This document shows positions 61,601-64,000 of a stretch of 64,000 nt of DNA, piece by piece. The stretch spans positions 78,740,001 through 78,804,000 of the forward strand of contig CM060731.1 in the NCBI GenBank assembly GCA_030704615.1, written 5' to 3'. The stretch is from Takakia lepidozioides (lineage: Eukaryota > Plantae > Bryophyta). The notes beneath the pieces were generated by a model. It saw only the letters and a program-made list of their open reading frames with translations. It ran no database searches and had not been told where the DNA came from. A program made the position numbers and the translations under genes. Numbering within the stretch: position 1 is the first letter of the stretch; every line of letters begins with the position of its first letter.

Positions 61601-64000
61601 TGAACATTTGTCAAAACCCTTTGCCCTCCAAAGATCGGTACGACATGGATGCCCTCTCTCACCTTTCATCTTTCTGTTTGTAGCAGATACTCTGGAATGT
61701 ATGTTGGATGTAAACCCTGTAGTGAGAGGCCTTCAGATGCATGGTTTCAGGGCTGATGCTACCCTTCAGATGAAAGATTCTATGTTTGTAGATGACACTT
61801 TTGTCCTGCTTCAAGCTGAGCCAGCAGGCCTGCATGCTGCCCAATGCACGATTGACAGCTTCTGCAAAGTATCGGGTTTCAGAGCGAATTGGACAAATAC
61901 CAAGGCTCTTTTGGTGGGAGATATTTCAAAATCAGGTCTGGGGGTCTCCCCAGTATGGGGGGCTAACTTGGGCTTGATCTGGCTCAAGGAAGGGGAGTCC
62001 ACCACCCTATTGGGCCATGTCTTTGGGATTAATCTCTCTGAAGACCAGTGTTTGGGACCCACTATAGCCAAGCTGAGGGACAGCTAATCTTCTGGGGCTC
62101 TCGGTTCCTCTCCATTATTGGGAGGGCTCTGGTGGCTAACCAGATCCTTTTGGCCGGTATTTGGTATTTCGCCTCAACCTGGAGCCCGAGCTCGAAACAC
62201 ATACTTAGAAACTTTATATGGGGTGCCCAATCGTTGGACTCTAACAAATGTCCCCAGGTATCTTGGATTCAAATCATAATGCCCAAGAAAATGGGTGGCC
62301 TCGGAGTCTTGGATCCCGAAACCCAGATCAAAGCCCTGTTGAGAAAATGGCTCCCTAGATTCCTAAGTCTAGAAGGAGGTCAACTGGTGGAAACTTATGG
62401 TGATGGGTACTATTTTTCCTCAGTTCACCCCTGGGCACCACGCAATGGTCTCCATCTTTGAGATGGATCACTCAAGGTTTTCGTCACAAATCCCCTGGCT
62501 CTTCCCTTTGGACCTCTATTTGGTTGGCTTGGGGGAAGTGCAGACCTTTCCTGCGAAAAAAAGAGCCAGATTCATTTTTGAAGTGCTCAGGCAACACCTG
62601 TTCCTCAACAAGCCAGTCCCATCAGCAGCGGAGAGGAGCCAAGCTACAAGATGGGCAGGGTGGGATGCAAGGGGACTCTCACAGGTCTCCCATCTATGGT
62701 TCAGTACCCCTGAATCTCTTTCCAGAACTCTAGGCACCCAAAGGCTCTCCTCCAGTATAGCCTCGGTTCTGCAATCAATTCCAGATTCATGGAGACACAT
62801 GCTCAGACAGGGCCCATCCTCTCCGTCTCTTTATCAGTGGGTGACCACACTTGATCACCACTTTTAGGTCATGTTTATAATGGAAGCCTCGCTTGATAAC
62901 CTGGTGGGATTCGCAATCAGGGCCCATCCTTATACGGGTGCTCTCTCGCTACACTCATCCAACTCCATCACAATCCCATATACAAACACCCCACCAGCCA
63001 GAATCTGCTATTGGAACTCTAAGCTCAAAGATTTTTATCCATCCCTCCCATCCAACACGCACGTTCTACCATGGTTACGATCAGGAACCTTCATATGGAT
63101 AGGAGGCTAGTCCATCCAGGATCTGCAAATCGCCCAGCAGAATGGCAATGGGCATTCGGGGACAAAATTTGCTCCTTCTTATCTTACACGGCCAAGGGTG
63201 CCTACAGAGCGATGGTGCAGGCCAAGCCTCTAACCAAAAAATGGGATGACAGATGGGGCTTATTCCAATGTAGAGAGGAAAACTGGAAGTGCATATGGGC
63301 TCTGATTTGGGAAAAATCTAAACCAGCCAAACTCAGTGCATTTCTTTGGCAGATTGCAAATAGAGTTTTAAAGGTTGGGCAATTTCTGAACTTCCAAGAG
63401 GCTATTCTCTGCAGATGCTGCCCCATTGGGGTTATTGAGTCTTTGGAATACTACCTTATTTTCTGTAGAGGGCCGTCATCCATCTGGCCCTTGATATTGT
63501 CACTTTACAGGGTCTGGTCAGACATCGCTCAGGACCCCATAGCCCTCCTGCTTAATTACAACCAAACAACCAAGTCCAAGGTGTCCACATGCCCAATATT
63601 TGAGGCTCTCCGCTCGACAACGCTATGGCAAATTTGGAAGGCTCGGTGCAAATGGACATTAAACAATGCCTCCTCCTCCTGTACAGAAATCCTTGTTTGT
63701 GTTTTCTATGATGTTACTATTGCAGTTAAGTTGGCCTGGCAAAAACCATGTGTAGAAGCATACATGAAACCCGAACAAAAAGATTCCCTCCTTGCCTCCT
63801 TCAGAGCATCTTAGGGAAGAGGGGGAATCATTTGTTGCAGCATTGATACAGACTCCTGTACATGGGCAGACTCCATACCTGAACTTTGGAAACACCGATG
63901 GAGCACCGTCTTCGGCCTCCCCTGACTTGGACTCGGCAGATATAAATTGGAAGCACATAAGGAGGGGGTCTAAATCTAAGTTGATCTTCCTCAGATAGAA
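55630..64000 (+). mobile_element. Near full-length degenerate L1/Tx1-clade LINE (ORF1 with zinc knuckle; ORF2 APE + RT + C-terminal finger)
   Basis: Pyrimidine-rich 5' UTR; ORF1 from ~55968 with CYYCGRTGHLKTAC. ORF2 runs 59631-63814 with SWNIRG, VNIYAPN, GGDFN, ARMDRFY, KTPGLDG, YRPITLLN, LDFEKAFDKV, RHGCPLSP, FVDDT, GGLGV and WQIWKARC. Many stops and frameshifts; the 3' end runs out of the window. Confidence 0.92.
57273..58369. mobile_element. MULE-like non-autonomous element inserted in LINE ORF1
   Basis: Termini CTGGGGGGTGCAC / GTGCACCCCCAG with an extended imperfect match (cacgtgcgt); 10-bp TSD GGTGATTCGC at 57263-57272 and 58370-58379. Confidence 0.85.

Noticed and set aside
59631-63814. 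Active autonomous LINE
   Set aside because: Multiple stops and frameshifts in ORF2, and ORF1 is interrupted by a MULE-like insertion.

Overview
Nuclear genomic DNA of a land plant with many short spliceosomal introns. A seed-free, bryophyte-grade lineage is likely, but that is inferred from gene style and repeat content only. The window has three zones. (1) 1-18 kb is decayed: four F-box/kelch-type pseudogene copies, a PLS-E-DYW PPR editing-factor gene with one nonsense codon and two frameshifts, an unidentified multi-exon pseudogene, an internally inverted Copia RT fragment, a hAT MITE, a tRNA-derived SINE and Helitron-like ends. (2) 18-52 kb holds four apparently intact genes: DUS2 (minus, trailed by a degenerate duplicate of its 3' exons), eIF2-beta (plus, head-to-head with DUS2), PAM71/GDT1-like 1 (minus) and a ~23-exon SOS1/NHX7 Na+/H+ antiporter (minus). 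The SOS1 protein lacks the terminal DSPS motif, and its introns carry about ten fragments of one RTEX-like LINE family with a conserved 3' stem-loop and (TTTCA)n tails. (3) 53-64 kb is nested retroelements: a minus-strand L1 remnant with a hAT MITE inside, and a near full-length degenerate L1/Tx1 LINE interrupted by a MULE-like element. I found no clearly novel multi-gene system. The best leads are the intron-confined RTEX-like family (including a twin-priming inversion and a Gypsy/LINE chimera), the DSPS-less SOS1, and the intact E-DYW ORF left in the broken PPR gene.
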